This document shows positions 19,312 through 28,559 of a stretch of DNA of 64,000 nucleotides, piece by piece. The notes below the pieces were generated by a model. That model was not told the DNA's origin and made no database searches. It saw only the letters and a program-made list of their open reading frames with translations. Source of the DNA: an uncultured Pseudomonadales bacterium (GTDB taxonomy: Bacteria; Patescibacteriota; Microgenomatia; UBA1400; PJMF01); contig CAYWDM010000006.1 in assembly GCA_964457085.1 (NCBI GenBank), positions 4,302 through 68,301 of the forward strand, in the 5' to 3' direction. The position numbers and the translations under genes were made by a program. The first letter of the stretch is position 1. Each line of letters starts with the position of its first letter.

Positions 19312-20712
19312 TTACTTACGACTGACCTGATAGCTATCGAGGTGCTTAATGAAAATTGCTGGAGGATCTTCTTGTAAAAATTGCTGAAATTCTTGATAAA
19401 TTGCCTTGCGTTCTTCTTGATCAATCGTTTGTCTGCCTTTTTCAAGTAAGCTGTCGATTCGAGTATTTTTGTAGCGTGTAAAGTTTGTAGGCTGACCTGA
19501 ATGCCAAAGAAAATATTGATCGGGATCACTGGGTGATTGATGGCCAATCAGCAACATCTGAAAGCTACTGGTATCTGGAAAATTTGAGATTTTCAAACTA
19601 ACCTTGATTTCTAAATTGGGACACAGTGCTTTATCAGTATCTTTATTGCTCTTGCAAGCCTCAACTGCTTGTCTACCCAGTTCCTCCCATTCTCGCTGGT
19701 ATTGTTCGGCTTCAGTCACAAAAAGTGTGGTTGTAGTTAGCTCAAGAGTTAATGGTGTTTGTGGAATACCATCGAGTAGTCTCTCGATTGCACGTGGGAC
19801 ATCTTTTCGATAGACCTTGCCACCATCTAAAAATGCCCAGGATTTTGAATCGATTGGGCCAACCGCTCTCGACACACTGTCAGGAATATCAATTGCGTAG
19901 GCTAAAGCTTGACGAACATTTTTTGGAAACAGCGGACTCTCAGTGTTGAAGAAAACTGCTAAATATCTATTTGTGGCAATTTCTCTGGTAACTTGAACTG
20001 ATTTCCAATCAACTAAGTCTCGAGGAGATGAAAGGTCAGGCAAGATGTCTATCTGACCTTTTTTGAGAGCTAGAATTGCCTCATTTTCTGTTAAATAGAA
20101 TCGATAAATAAATCTTTTGTTTGGCCCATCAACTGTCAACTCGGTAATTTTATTGCCAACTTGTACATAATCAACAATGTGATATTCGCCAATGCCTATC
20201 AGTGTGGGCCGAGTAAAAAACAACCAATACTTCTCCACCCCTTGTCTAAACAGTGGCTCAGAGACCACTCCCGGAAATGGTGAAAAAAGATCTGGTAATT
20301 TAAAAACAACGTCTCCTGGCGTATGTACAGTTTCGACATCGGAAAAATTATAATTGATATCCTGTGGCACTAAATCTTTACCATCCTGCCAGTTAATCTT
20401 CTTTTTTAATAAGAAACGATATCGTTTACCTTCATCTTCAACCACCCACCGCTCTGCCAATAACGGTTTAACTGATCCATCTGGTCCCACTTGGGTCAAA
20501 CCAACTGATAATTGCTCTTTAATACTCTGTGGCAACGAATTGAGGGTATACTCGCCAATAATGCCCACGTATTCTCTGGGTTTACTGACTAATACTCGTA
20601 GTAAAACGGGCACTAGGAACGCAAACAACACCACCGCAAATAGAAAGGATGTTAGAAACCACAGCCCATGCTTCTTGATGTAAGCCATCAAGTACCAATA
20701 GAACTTACGCAT
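19312..20712 (-). CDS. ABC transporter substrate-binding protein, family 5 (peptide/nickel)-like, N-terminal membrane anchor
   Basis: 466 aa with a TM anchor and segments typical of SBP_bac_5 (NENEAILALKKGQIDIL). No cognate permease or ATPase nearby. Confidence 0.5.
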   Translation of the reverse strand: MRKFYWYLMAYIKKHGLWFLTSFLFAVVLFAFLVPVLLRVLVSKPREYVGIIGEYTLNSLPQSIKEQLSVGLTQVGPDGSVKPLLAERWVVEDEGKRYRFLLKKKINWQDGKDLVPQDINYNFSDVETVHTPGDVVFKLPDLFSPFPGVVSEPLFRQGVEKYWLFFTRPTLIGIGEYHIVDYVQVGNKITELTVDGPNKRFIYRFYLTENEAILALKKGQIDILPDLSSPRDLVDWKSVQVTREIATNRYLAVFFNTESPLFPKNVRQALAYAIDIPDSVSRAVGPIDSKSWAFLDGGKVYRKDVPRAIERLLDGIPQTPLTLELTTTTLFVTEAEQYQREWEELGRQAVEACKSNKDTDKALCPNLEIKVSLKISNFPDTSSFQMLLIGHQSPSDPDQYFLWHSGQPTNFTRYKNTRIDSLLEKGRQTIDQEERKAIYQEFQQFLQEDPPAIFIKHLDSYQVSRK

Positions 20713-20716
20713 GTTT

Positions 20717-20932
20717 TTAGATTGCTACTACTGCCAACGAGACACCTGCGAAAAGAATCATAGAGACGATAGTTACCATAAACACCATTTTCTCAACACC
20801 TCTTCTCGTATGATAAGTCTCACCACCACCGCCCCAGGCAGCACCAAAACCATTGCCTTGAGCCTGCAATAAAATCGAGGCCACAATAATAACTGCTAAG
20901 ATAATTTGACAAATAAGTAGAGCTGTTTGCAT
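20717..20932 (-). CDS. secG: preprotein translocase subunit SecG
   Basis: 71 aa with two TM helices and the Gly-rich loop GNGFGAAWGGGGETYHTRRGVEK. Confidence 0.8.
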   Translation of the reverse strand: MQTALLICQIILAVIIVASILLQAQGNGFGAAWGGGGETYHTRRGVEKMVFMVTIVSMILFAGVSLAVVAI

Positions 20933-20954
20933 ATCAACACTTTCTGATTATCCT

Positions 20955-20975
20955 TGACGAAACTGTGTTCGTCAA
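20955..20975. other. intergenic stem-loop between rny and secG
   Basis: TTGACGAA-ACTGTG-TTCGTCAA 8-bp inverted repeat with no U-tract. Possible processing site or weak terminator. Confidence 0.3.
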
Positions 20976-20993
20976 AACCAGTATTAGTCTATA

Positions 20994-22610
20994 TTACTTG
21001 GCGACCTCTGTAGCACGGTTCTCACGAACTACTGTGACTTTAACACTACCGGGCACCACTACTTTCTCTTGAATCTCATCTCTGATTTTGACCGCTAATA
21101 TAGCAACATCATCGTCTTTGGACTTTTCTGGCTCAAGTAGTACACGGACCTCTCGTCCTGCCTGAACTGCATAGGCTTCACGCACTTCTGGATATGAAGT
21201 AGCAATTTTCTCGAGACTCGATAATCTCTCAATGTATTCTTCAAGATTTTCATAGCGAGCACCAGGTCGAGCTCCAGAGATAGCATCAGCAATATACACT
21301 GCCATTTGCTCAGGACCTGAAAATGATTCATCCTCATGATGCTGGGCGATACAGTCAATAACTGGCTGAGGCATGCCAAACTTCTTGGCAATTTTGACAC
21401 CGAGAGCGATGTGATTGTCGTCCTGCTCTTCAGATACTTTACCAATATCATGTAGCAGACAACCAAGTTTAACTATATTAACGTTGATACCAAGTTCGTG
21501 AGCGAGTTTAGTGCCGATCTTGGTCTCTTCAATTGTATGAGTAATCATGTTTTGGCCGTAGGAAAAACGGTATTTAAAGCGACCCAACATCTGGATCAAG
21601 CCAGAAGGGATGTTATACACACCCACGGTGTGACAGAGATTTTTACCGGCTTCAAAGGTAAGTTTTTCGATTTCACCTTTAACCTTATCAACCACCTCTT
21701 CAATACGAGCGGGTTGAATACGACCATCTTTAATCAACCGTTCTAGTGAAACACGGGCGATTTCTCGGCGAACAGGATCAAAACAAGAAAGCTTAACCTC
21801 TGTTGGCGAGGCATCAAGATCGATATCAACTCCAGTGGCACGTTCAAATGAATGGATGTTGCGACCATTTTTACCAATGATTTTGCCTTTAATCTCTTCG
21901 CTTGGAATGTCGACAACTGAAACAGTGTACTCAGCAACGTGATCAGTAGCACCATGTTGCATGGCGTCCATTAAGATCTCGCGAACTTTATCATCTGCCT
22001 CTTGTTTGGTTTCTTCTTGAATTTGACGAATCATTTGTGCTGATTCAGAACGAATTTTTTTCTCGAGACCTTCAAGTAAAATTTGACGTGCTTCATTGCG
22101 GGTCAATCCTGAAACTCCTTCGAGTTTCTCCATGACCTGATTGCGTGCCTCTTCTACACCAAGCTTGAGTTTGTCGAGTTCAGCCTTTTCGCGCTGAACC
22201 TGATCCTCTTTACTAGAAATTTGACCTAAACGTTCATCTAATTTGTCAAGTTTTACCTCTAAGAAACGCTGCTGTTCACCAAGTTGTTGCTCGATTTGAC
22301 GTGCTTTGCGCTCTGCATCGGTGCGAATCATCAAGGCTTCATCCTTAGCCTCAACGATGATTTCTCGAGCTCTTGCTTGGGCTTCACGAGCTGCAACCTC
22401 AGCATCTTGTCTGATTTTCAACAGTTCAGCTGTTGGTTTAGCTGGCTGTTGTGGGACAACGACTACGGGTTTAACAACAATTGGTTGTGGTTTAACAGGT
22501 GTTTGACCAGGCTTAGCAATCACTGGCTTATGAGCAACTGGCTTTACTGACTGACTTTTTTGCTTGCCCTGTGCTGCAAATAGTCCTGATAAATTACTAA
22601 AAAATGACAT
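20994..22610 (-). CDS. rny: ribonuclease Y
   Basis: Coiled-coil region, KH domain (GKIIGKNGRNIHSFERATGVDIDLD) and HD domain (HTIEETKIGTKLAHE...LLHDIGK). The N-terminus is Pro/Lys-rich and has no TM. Confidence 0.85.
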   Translation of the reverse strand: MSFFSNLSGLFAAQGKQKSQSVKPVAHKPVIAKPGQTPVKPQPIVVKPVVVVPQQPAKPTAELLKIRQDAEVAAREAQARAREIIVEAKDEALMIRTDAERKARQIEQQLGEQQRFLEVKLDKLDERLGQISSKEDQVQREKAELDKLKLGVEEARNQVMEKLEGVSGLTRNEARQILLEGLEKKIRSESAQMIRQIQEETKQEADDKVREILMDAMQHGATDHVAEYTVSVVDIPSEEIKGKIIGKNGRNIHSFERATGVDIDLDASPTEVKLSCFDPVRREIARVSLERLIKDGRIQPARIEEVVDKVKGEIEKLTFEAGKNLCHTVGVYNIPSGLIQMLGRFKYRFSYGQNMITHTIEETKIGTKLAHELGINVNIVKLGCLLHDIGKVSEEQDDNHIALGVKIAKKFGMPQPVIDCIAQHHEDESFSGPEQMAVYIADAISGARPGARYENLEEYIERLSSLEKIATSYPEVREAYAVQAGREVRVLLEPEKSKDDDVAILAVKIRDEIQEKVVVPGSVKVTVVRENRATEVAK

Positions 22611-22885
22611 ACGTCCTCCAAATTATTTTTCTGTGGACGCTAATCGTGGAGATAATGCAAAATAGTGGCTGTTGCCACTTTGGAAACAGGTTACTTCAGA
22701 TACCCCTTAGGTGGTGATATGTGTATTGCCTGTGATTGCATGGGTTAATTACTAGAATTGTCCAATATTCTAAGATCTATCTCGACGTTGTAGCGTCAAT
22801 TGCTGATTATACGTCAGACATTGCTCACAGTCAATGATTTTTACAAGTAAGGTAAAGAGTAAAAAAGATTGATAGAAGAACAAAA

Positions 22886-22919
22886 AAGCTGCTAATTTTA
22901 ATAAAAAAATCAGCAGCTT
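22886..22919 (-). terminator. recA intrinsic terminator
   Basis: AAGCTGCT...AGCAGCTT stem followed by a U-run on the minus strand, just 3' of the recA stop. Confidence 0.6.
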
Positions 22920-22957
22920 TTAAAATCTTTCGTACCTAAATTTAATTCAGACTCTGG

Positions 22958-24046
22958 CTAATGAACAGCATTTTTTGCGGCTTTGATGTCCTTAATATCC
23001 TCAGCTTCTTGAATTTTTTTCCAGATCTCACGTTCAATCTCTTTAATAATTTCTGGATTCTCAAGCAATTTCTCTTTGGTGGACTCTCTGCCTTGAGCCA
23101 ATACTTCACCTTTATATTTGTAGAAACTGCCACTCTTTTCGATAATGCCTTTTTCTGTACCAATATCTACTACATCACCGACTCGGGAAATACCATTGGC
23201 ATCCATGTCAAATTCTGCAATCTTAAATGGAGGAGCAACCTTATTTTTCTTGACTTTAACACGATGACGACTACCCACCACTTCATCTCCTTCTTGAATG
23301 TTGCCAATGCGACGGATATCAAGACGAAGTGTGGCATAAAACTTCAAAGCATTACCACCAGTAGTGGTTTCTGGACTTCCAAACATAACTCCCAACTTCA
23401 TACGCAGTTGGTTGGTGAAGATAATCAAGGTTTTGGTTTTACTGAGTGCGGCAGTAAGCTTACGCATAGCTTGTGACATTAATCGAGCCTGAGCACCCAT
23501 TTGTGAATCACCCATGTCGCCTTCAATCTCAGCCTTTGGAACTAATGCGGCCACTGAATCAACAACTACGATGTCTACGCCACCAGACCTAATCAGAGTC
23601 TCAGCTATCTCGAGTGCCTGTTCACCATAATCTGGTTGTGAAATCAACAAATTATCTAGGTTAACACCGATTTTTTGGGCACGAACTGGATCAAGTGCAT
23701 GTTCGACATCAATGATTGCTGCCACACCACCAGTGTGCTGGACCTCAGCGATAGCATGCAAACAAAGTGTAGTTTTACCAGATGCTTCAGGACCATATAT
23801 TTCAACGATTCTACCTCTGGGAAAACCACCAACACCAAGTGCCATATTAAGTGCCAATGAACCAGTGGAAACCACTGGAATCTTCGGCATATCTCGAAGT
23901 GACTCGCCCATACGCATGATTGAGCCTTTGCCGAATTGTTTCTCGATCTGCTGCATCGCAACAGATACAGCTTCATTGCGTGAATCTTGCATATCTCCAG
24001 AAGTGTTTTTGGATTCTTTTTCTGGTTTTGAACTAGTTTTAGGCAT
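22958..24046 (-). CDS. recA: recombinase RecA
   Basis: [16 protein letters not shown] Walker A, L1/L2 loops and [13 protein letters not shown]. Full length, 362 aa. Confidence 0.95.
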   Translation of the reverse strand: MPKTSSKPEKESKNTSGDMQDSRNEAVSVAMQQIEKQFGKGSIMRMGESLRDMPKIPVVSTGSLALNMALGVGGFPRGRIVEIYGPEASGKTTLCLHAIAEVQHTGGVAAIIDVEHALDPVRAQKIGVNLDNLLISQPDYGEQALEIAETLIRSGGVDIVVVDSVAALVPKAEIEGDMGDSQMGAQARLMSQAMRKLTAALSKTKTLIIFTNQLRMKLGVMFGSPETTTGGNALKFYATLRLDIRRIGNIQEGDEVVGSRHRVKVKKNKVAPPFKIAEFDMDANGISRVGDVVDIGTEKGIIEKSGSFYKYKGEVLAQGRESTKEKLLENPEIIKEIEREIWKKIQEAEDIKDIKAAKNAVH

Positions 24047-24252
24047 ATTGTCTCCTTTTTTTGCAGTTGTGACTACTTTTTGTATACCCTCACCAAAATG
24101 AAAAGTAAACCCGAAGAAGGTGAAGGTGATGTTGCAACAATTGTCAATCTAGCAAATCTAACCGACAAATACCTAGCAAAATACTAAAATCAGGATACAA
24201 TTACGCTGTGGTTTTTGGTGTTTTGGATTGCCAAACCATCAGATAGAAACAC

Positions 24253-24326
24253 CGGGGAGTAGTTCAGATGGCTAGAACGCGCGCATGGGGTGCGCGAGGT
24301 CGCAGGTTCGAGTCCTGTCTCCCCGA
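24253..24326 (+). tRNA. tRNA-Pro (anticodon GGG)
   Basis: Manual fold: acceptor CGGGGAG/CTCCCCG, D-arm GTTC/GAAC, anticodon stem CGCGC/GCGCG with loop AUGGGGU, T-arm GCAGG-TTCGAGT-CCTGT, discriminator A. Canonical G18G19 and T-loop. Confidence 0.85.
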
Positions 24327-24335
24327 CAAATAAAG

Positions 24336-24358
24336 AAACGGCTTTTGCCGTTTTTTTT
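24336..24358 (+). terminator. intrinsic terminator after tRNA-Pro
   Basis: AAACGGC-TTTT-GCCGTTT followed by T8. Confidence 0.7.
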
Positions 24359-24490
24359 ATTTGCCGAGAGATAGTTTGATGAAAACCTCTTTGGTTCCGC
24401 CGGAGAGTACAGAGTACCCTCCTAGTGCCCAATCAAGCGAAATCAATTTGCAACAAAATCATGAGCGTGATGAGGCTAATCCTGTCTCCC

Positions 24491-25024
24491 CTATTTTCCC
24501 TCAAAGTAATAACGATCAATCTTCCAATCTCTGTAAAATTCAGCAGTGCATTTTCCATCATCTGCAGAAGTGAGGATTATTGAATCAACCTCAAGTTTTT
24601 GAGGAATAATTATTTCTTTTGAAAGCGTTTCTCTGGTATTAAATGGAAGGTCGTGTTTATATATCAAGCTAACGTGTGGTTTAAATACAAAAGACAAATG
24701 AAGCTTATTATCCATTAACTCATAAATTCTCTTTAATTCAGGATGTGGCATGACATTTATGAACAATGTTTTTGAATTTTTCTCTTCAAACCCAATTACA
24801 CTCAGCTCAACTGAAAAAGATTTTGTCGTAGTTACAATCTCTGAAACAATTTCCTGAACAACTGTATCTGGTAGTGTGGTCAACGCATAAAAAGTCAGGT
24901 GAGGTAAGAAAATGCTTCCATCTTGAAATCTCTCGCTGAGAGATTTGATGATATCTGAAATCATTGCTTCACTAGCCGGACTAAATGCAAATGACCAATC
25001 ACCAGAAATTATTTTTTGACTCAT
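24491..25024 (-). CDS. 2H phosphoesterase (LigT-like 2'-5' RNA ligase / cyclic phosphodiesterase) family protein
   Basis: Two canonical motifs, PHLTFYAL and PHVSLIY, at the spacing expected for the LigT fold. Confidence 0.6.
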   Translation of the reverse strand: MSQKIISGDWSFAFSPASEAMISDIIKSLSERFQDGSIFLPHLTFYALTTLPDTVVQEIVSEIVTTTKSFSVELSVIGFEEKNSKTLFINVMPHPELKRIYELMDNKLHLSFVFKPHVSLIYKHDLPFNTRETLSKEIIIPQKLEVDSIILTSADDGKCTAEFYRDWKIDRYYFEGK

Positions 25025-25034
25025 ACTCGACTCC

Positions 25035-25739
25035 TTATTGCTTCAACGTAAAAAACTCACTCGTCCATGTACTGTTATCCAGAAAATGTTTAAAAGTAGT
25101 CCCCTGCCAGGGCAGTAACTTAAATTGACTACGATGTGCCGATAACGCCAAGAATTTCAACCAAACCTGCCACCACCCCAATTTTAACTGAATCTGAGCT
25201 GCTAATGGCTGAATTATGGCCTTTTTTGCCATATGTCGAGCTGTTGGGAACCCATACCATGGGGCAACCGTTAAAAACCAAAGATTCTGAGGTTTTTTGA
25301 CACATGCGATAACTGCTTCAGTCAGTGCAATATGGTCTGGATGTCCATAGATTCCGTCTGGTTCAAGACAAAAAATATCTGTTGGCTGATATTCCGAAAG
25401 CTCATCTGCAACCATTTTCTTGAGTTTTGAAAGCCTCTTCTCCAAGCCACCGTCTGGAAAATTCCAGATTGACCATGACTTGACGCGCAGAATCTGCAGT
25501 GCTGTGATTAGCTCACGCTTCCGAACATCAGCCAGATCATCTGTTTCAACTAAACCATGTCGTAGGGTACTGCCTTCCCCAACTGTGCACGTCACCACTC
25601 TCAGCGATATCCCTCGATGTGTGCACCCAGAAATCAAACCACTTGCAAAAACTGCTTCATCATCTGGGTGAGGCATAATAACCAGCACTCGACTGCCAGT
25701 ACCAAGACCCAATTCAGAAACAGATCGAATAATCTCCAT
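25035..25739 (-). CDS. PIG-L/LmbE family N-acetylglucosaminyl deacetylase
   Basis: VLVIMPHPDDEA and GHPDH motifs. Confidence 0.8.
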   Translation of the reverse strand: MEIIRSVSELGLGTGSRVLVIMPHPDDEAVFASGLISGCTHRGISLRVVTCTVGEGSTLRHGLVETDDLADVRKRELITALQILRVKSWSIWNFPDGGLEKRLSKLKKMVADELSEYQPTDIFCLEPDGIYGHPDHIALTEAVIACVKKPQNLWFLTVAPWYGFPTARHMAKKAIIQPLAAQIQLKLGWWQVWLKFLALSAHRSQFKLLPWQGTTFKHFLDNSTWTSEFFTLKQ

Positions 25740-25742
25740 AAT

Positions 25743-26123
25743 TTATTTCAGACCAATGAGTTGTACCAAATTGCCATCAAGATCATAAAAAGTAACAAAA
25801 TATTTATCAAAGGTTGGTGCTTTAAATGGTGCTGCTAGAAACTTCACTTTCTTAGCCAGTAAAAAATCATACGCTTCCTGTACCGAGTCAACATTGATGT
25901 TAAACATATGACGATGTGGGTCAGGATTTTGGCCATGAACTTCGGAATGTTGTCCAACCCAAAGCCAGGAATCACCTTCAGGAAATGCAAATAAAACACC
26001 GGTATCTTGAGGATGTGATATCTCTTCGACCACTTTTAAATCAAAGGTTTGTTGATACCAATTCGCCAAGCGACGAAAATCATCTGACCAAATAATTACA
26101 GTGGAGATTTTTTGGAACTGCAT
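25743..26123 (-). CDS. VOC (glyoxalase/bleomycin-resistance) family protein
   Basis: 126 aa with the beta-alpha-beta-beta-beta pattern and a His/Glu metal-ligand arrangement (HSEVH...NLVQL). Confidence 0.55.
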   Translation of the reverse strand: MQFQKISTVIIWSDDFRRLANWYQQTFDLKVVEEISHPQDTGVLFAFPEGDSWLWVGQHSEVHGQNPDPHRHMFNINVDSVQEAYDFLLAKKVKFLAAPFKAPTFDKYFVTFYDLDGNLVQLIGLK

Positions 26124-26162
26124 ATATTTTTATAATACCATTGTAAAATCAATCCACTTGTT

Positions 26163-26873
26163 ATGAATATTGAAGAATTACTACATAAAATCTACTCTCA
26201 TAAAAAATTTGAGCATTACTTTCCAATTTCAATTAATTTTCATCAAGGAAGTTACCTAAGAAAACTCATCAACCAGCTCAAGCCAAAAACTATTATTGAA
26301 CTTGGTTGCGGACATGGTGTGAGCACTCTTTGGATTCAGAGTGCAAGTCATACTCCAAAGCAACATCACACCGTGGATCCAACAGTACAAAGCAAGCAAT
26401 TAGCTGGACATGCATATTTTAAGACAAACCATCAGATCATCACAAATCTAACATCGCAACAGTATTTGGCAATGCTCGATAAAAAGAAACACTCCGCAGA
26501 CTTTATATTTATGGATGCAGACGAAAGATTTGATGGCTGTATGACTGACTGTTATTTTGCATTTAGGGTACTTGAGCAGAATGGGCATTTGGTGATTCGC
26601 AATTTATGGAATCCATCAGTAAGAAACGTATGTAAGTTTTTAATTATGAATCTTCCTGTCCGACCAATTGGACTTCCTACTTGGTACACAAGGCTAATTG
26701 CACATTCCCCCGCACCAGTGCTGGGAACTTTGTTATATTTTTCAACTAAAATGTACAGTGCTGAGTTCTTAATACTCAAAAAAATTGCCACTGATCAGCG
26801 AAACTGGAATCATTTTATTAAGTTTTATCTAACCATATTCACAGTTTTTAATTTTGAGTTGCTCTATACTTAG
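26163..26873 (+). CDS. class I SAM-dependent O-methyltransferase (family 3-like)
   Basis: IIELGCGHGVSTLWI motif I and FIFMDAD. Confidence 0.65.
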   Translation: MNIEELLHKIYSHKKFEHYFPISINFHQGSYLRKLINQLKPKTIIELGCGHGVSTLWIQSASHTPKQHHTVDPTVQSKQLAGHAYFKTNHQIITNLTSQQYLAMLDKKKHSADFIFMDADERFDGCMTDCYFAFRVLEQNGHLVIRNLWNPSVRNVCKFLIMNLPVRPIGLPTWYTRLIAHSPAPVLGTLLYFSTKMYSAEFLILKKIATDQRNWNHFIKFYLTIFTVFNFELLYT

Positions 26874-26876
26874 GTT

Positions 26877-27353
26877 ATGCTCAAACCGTCACAATTGGCA
26901 CCACTCGATATCGAGGTTTTAGATGAGGCAGATCAGCCAATCACGCTAAGCTCCCAACTAGGCAACTGGGTTGTCGTCTATTTCTACCCTAAAGATGATA
27001 CTCCAGGCTGTACTGTTGAAGCCTGCAGTCTACGTGACAATCATGTTGTCTTAAAACGAATGGGTGTGAATGTTATTGGTATTAGTCGAGACAATAGCAA
27101 AAGTCATCAAAAATTCACCGAAAAATATCAGCTACAATTCTCGCTTTGGTCTGATCCTGAACACAAACTTCTTGAGGCATTTGGTGCCTGGGGTGAGAAA
27201 AAATTCATGGGAAAGTTATTTATGGGCATTAATCGTTCAACGTTCATCATTAACCCAGATGGCTTCATCGTAAAAACGTTTGAAAAAGTTACACCAAAAA
27301 ATCACGGGGGTGAAATTGTAGAATTCTTAAAAACCCAGATTGCAGAAGGTTAA
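26877..27353 (+). CDS. bcp: thiol peroxidase Bcp (peroxiredoxin, AhpC/TSA family)
   Basis: VVVYFYPKDDTPGCTVEAC peroxidatic-Cys motif. 158 aa. Confidence 0.85.
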   Translation: MLKPSQLAPLDIEVLDEADQPITLSSQLGNWVVVYFYPKDDTPGCTVEACSLRDNHVVLKRMGVNVIGISRDNSKSHQKFTEKYQLQFSLWSDPEHKLLEAFGAWGEKKFMGKLFMGINRSTFIINPDGFIVKTFEKVTPKNHGGEIVEFLKTQIAEG

Positions 27354-28036
27354 TCAACATCGAGTGGCAAACGTTTTTCTAACCACTTTGCGACTTTTTC
27401 ATACTGGGTAAGTGGTGGTCGCTCAAACATTAGTACTTCAGACAAAATATCTTTGATCTGCTTCTTAGTGACGTCCCCGAGAACTAAGGAAATTCTGCCT
27501 GGGAAACGCATCGTTTCGATCACAACTTGCGGTTGGCCCATTTTATCCTCGAACCAAAATCTGCCAAATTCCTGCCAATAATACATCTCAGTATCAATCT
27601 TAATTCCATACGTGGTAATCAAGTGATTAATCTCAATTGGGGGTACCACTGATTGGACGTACACCAAAAAGACAGCCGAGATCACCACCGCAATTGGCAA
27701 ATACTGGCCAGCAAAAAATAGAATTAAGCTGATTAACAAGGCAATGATTAAAATTGTAGTGAAATATCGTTGATGTCTTTTCTTGAATGGACGGGTTAAT
27801 GCCCTCCACTCAATCACTTGCATCTCTGGAACAGGTCGATACATGCCTGGTGCAATTTTTGATTCCTGCAAGCTCGTATTTGGCATCACTGGTCTCAAAC
27901 CGGTTCGTTCGGTATCGACATCTCTAATTTGTTCTTCTAGGCCGCCAACTTGGTCGTCGCCAATTGGTCGAGTCTTCTTGAGATATTCAGTTGAAGTAAG
28001 GTTGACATTGTCTGCGTGAGTGGATTGCATTACCAT
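27350..28036 (-). CDS. hypothetical membrane protein
   Basis: Two central TM helices; no recognisable domain. Confidence 0.4.
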   Translation of the reverse strand: MVMQSTHADNVNLTSTEYLKKTRPIGDDQVGGLEEQIRDVDTERTGLRPVMPNTSLQESKIAPGMYRPVPEMQVIEWRALTRPFKKRHQRYFTTILIIALLISLILFFAGQYLPIAVVISAVFLVYVQSVVPPIEINHLITTYGIKIDTEMYYWQEFGRFWFEDKMGQPQVVIETMRFPGRISLVLGDVTKKQIKDILSEVLMFERPPLTQYEKVAKWLEKRLPLDVD

Positions 28037-28155
28037 CTATCATACACAAAAAATGCTCCCGATCAAAGCCAAGCGATGATACAATATCCCTCGTTAACAA
28101 CTGAACAGTTTACAAACCGTCAGTGTCGACGATAATTAGCTCGTTTACATTGAAA

Positions 28156-28240
28156 TGGAAGGATCGCATAGCGGTTTATTGCACAGGTCTTGAAAACCTG
28201 CGGCCTCACGGCCATCGCGGGTTCGAATCCCGCTCCTTCC
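28156..28240 (+). tRNA. tRNA-Ser (anticodon UGA)
   Basis: Acceptor GGAAGGA/TCCTTCC, anticodon stem CAGGT/ACCTG with loop CUUGAAA, long variable arm GCGGCCTCACGGCC, T-arm GCGGG-TTCGAAT-CCCGC, discriminator G. Confidence 0.85.
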
Positions 28241-28242
28241 GC

Positions 28243-28541
28243 ATCAGTCAGCATCCTTGCTAGTAAGCAAGGATTGATGAATGACGTGGAGGTGTGGTGA
28301 ATGAGAAATCGCTGGGTTCGTGACGGAGAGTGCAAAGCACCCTCCTAATGCATGCGAGCAAAGCGAGTCGTAAATCCCGCTCCTTCCGCATTGTTCGAAA
28401 ATCTCGGCTTGCCGAGTATTTGCGGACAACATGAAGTGGGATGAGAAGCAAGGTGCCTCGCCAAGCGAAAACAAAATCAATTGTAATCATGAGCCTGGAA
28501 AGGTGAATCCCGCCTACTACATCGACTGAAATCTCGGCTTG
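28243..28541 (+). repeat. two tandem degenerate repeat units downstream of tRNA-Ser(UGA), each ending in a copy of the tRNA 3' end (putative integration scars)
   Basis: AATCCCGCTCCTTCCGCA occurs at 28225-28242 (the tRNA) and again at 28373-28390. A degenerate third copy GAATCCCGCCTACTACA lies near 28506-28522. AAATCTCGGCTTGC occurs at 28399-28412 and 28526-28539. A perfect hairpin ATCCTTGCT-AGTA-AGCAAGGAT sits at 28252-28273. Confidence 0.6.
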
Positions 28542-28559
28542 CTAAACTACTCCAATTCC

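Noticed and set aside
24190-24432. 80-aa minus-strand ORF in the six-frame track
   Set aside because: Completely overlaps tRNA-Pro(GGG) and its terminator. Typical tRNA antisense artefact.
25035-27353. PIG-L deacetylase, VOC, O-methyltransferase and Bcp as a low-molecular-weight thiol (bacillithiol or mycothiol) biosynthesis cluster
   Set aside because: The partner glycosyltransferase (BshA/MshA) and ligase (BshC/MshC) are not adjacent. This is only a loose redox or detox association.
28120-28490. Three small minus-strand ORFs (71, 78 and 76 aa)
   Set aside because: They overlap tRNA-Ser(UGA) and the non-coding repeat units. They contain tRNA-derived translations (GAGFEPA) and have no RBS or codon bias.
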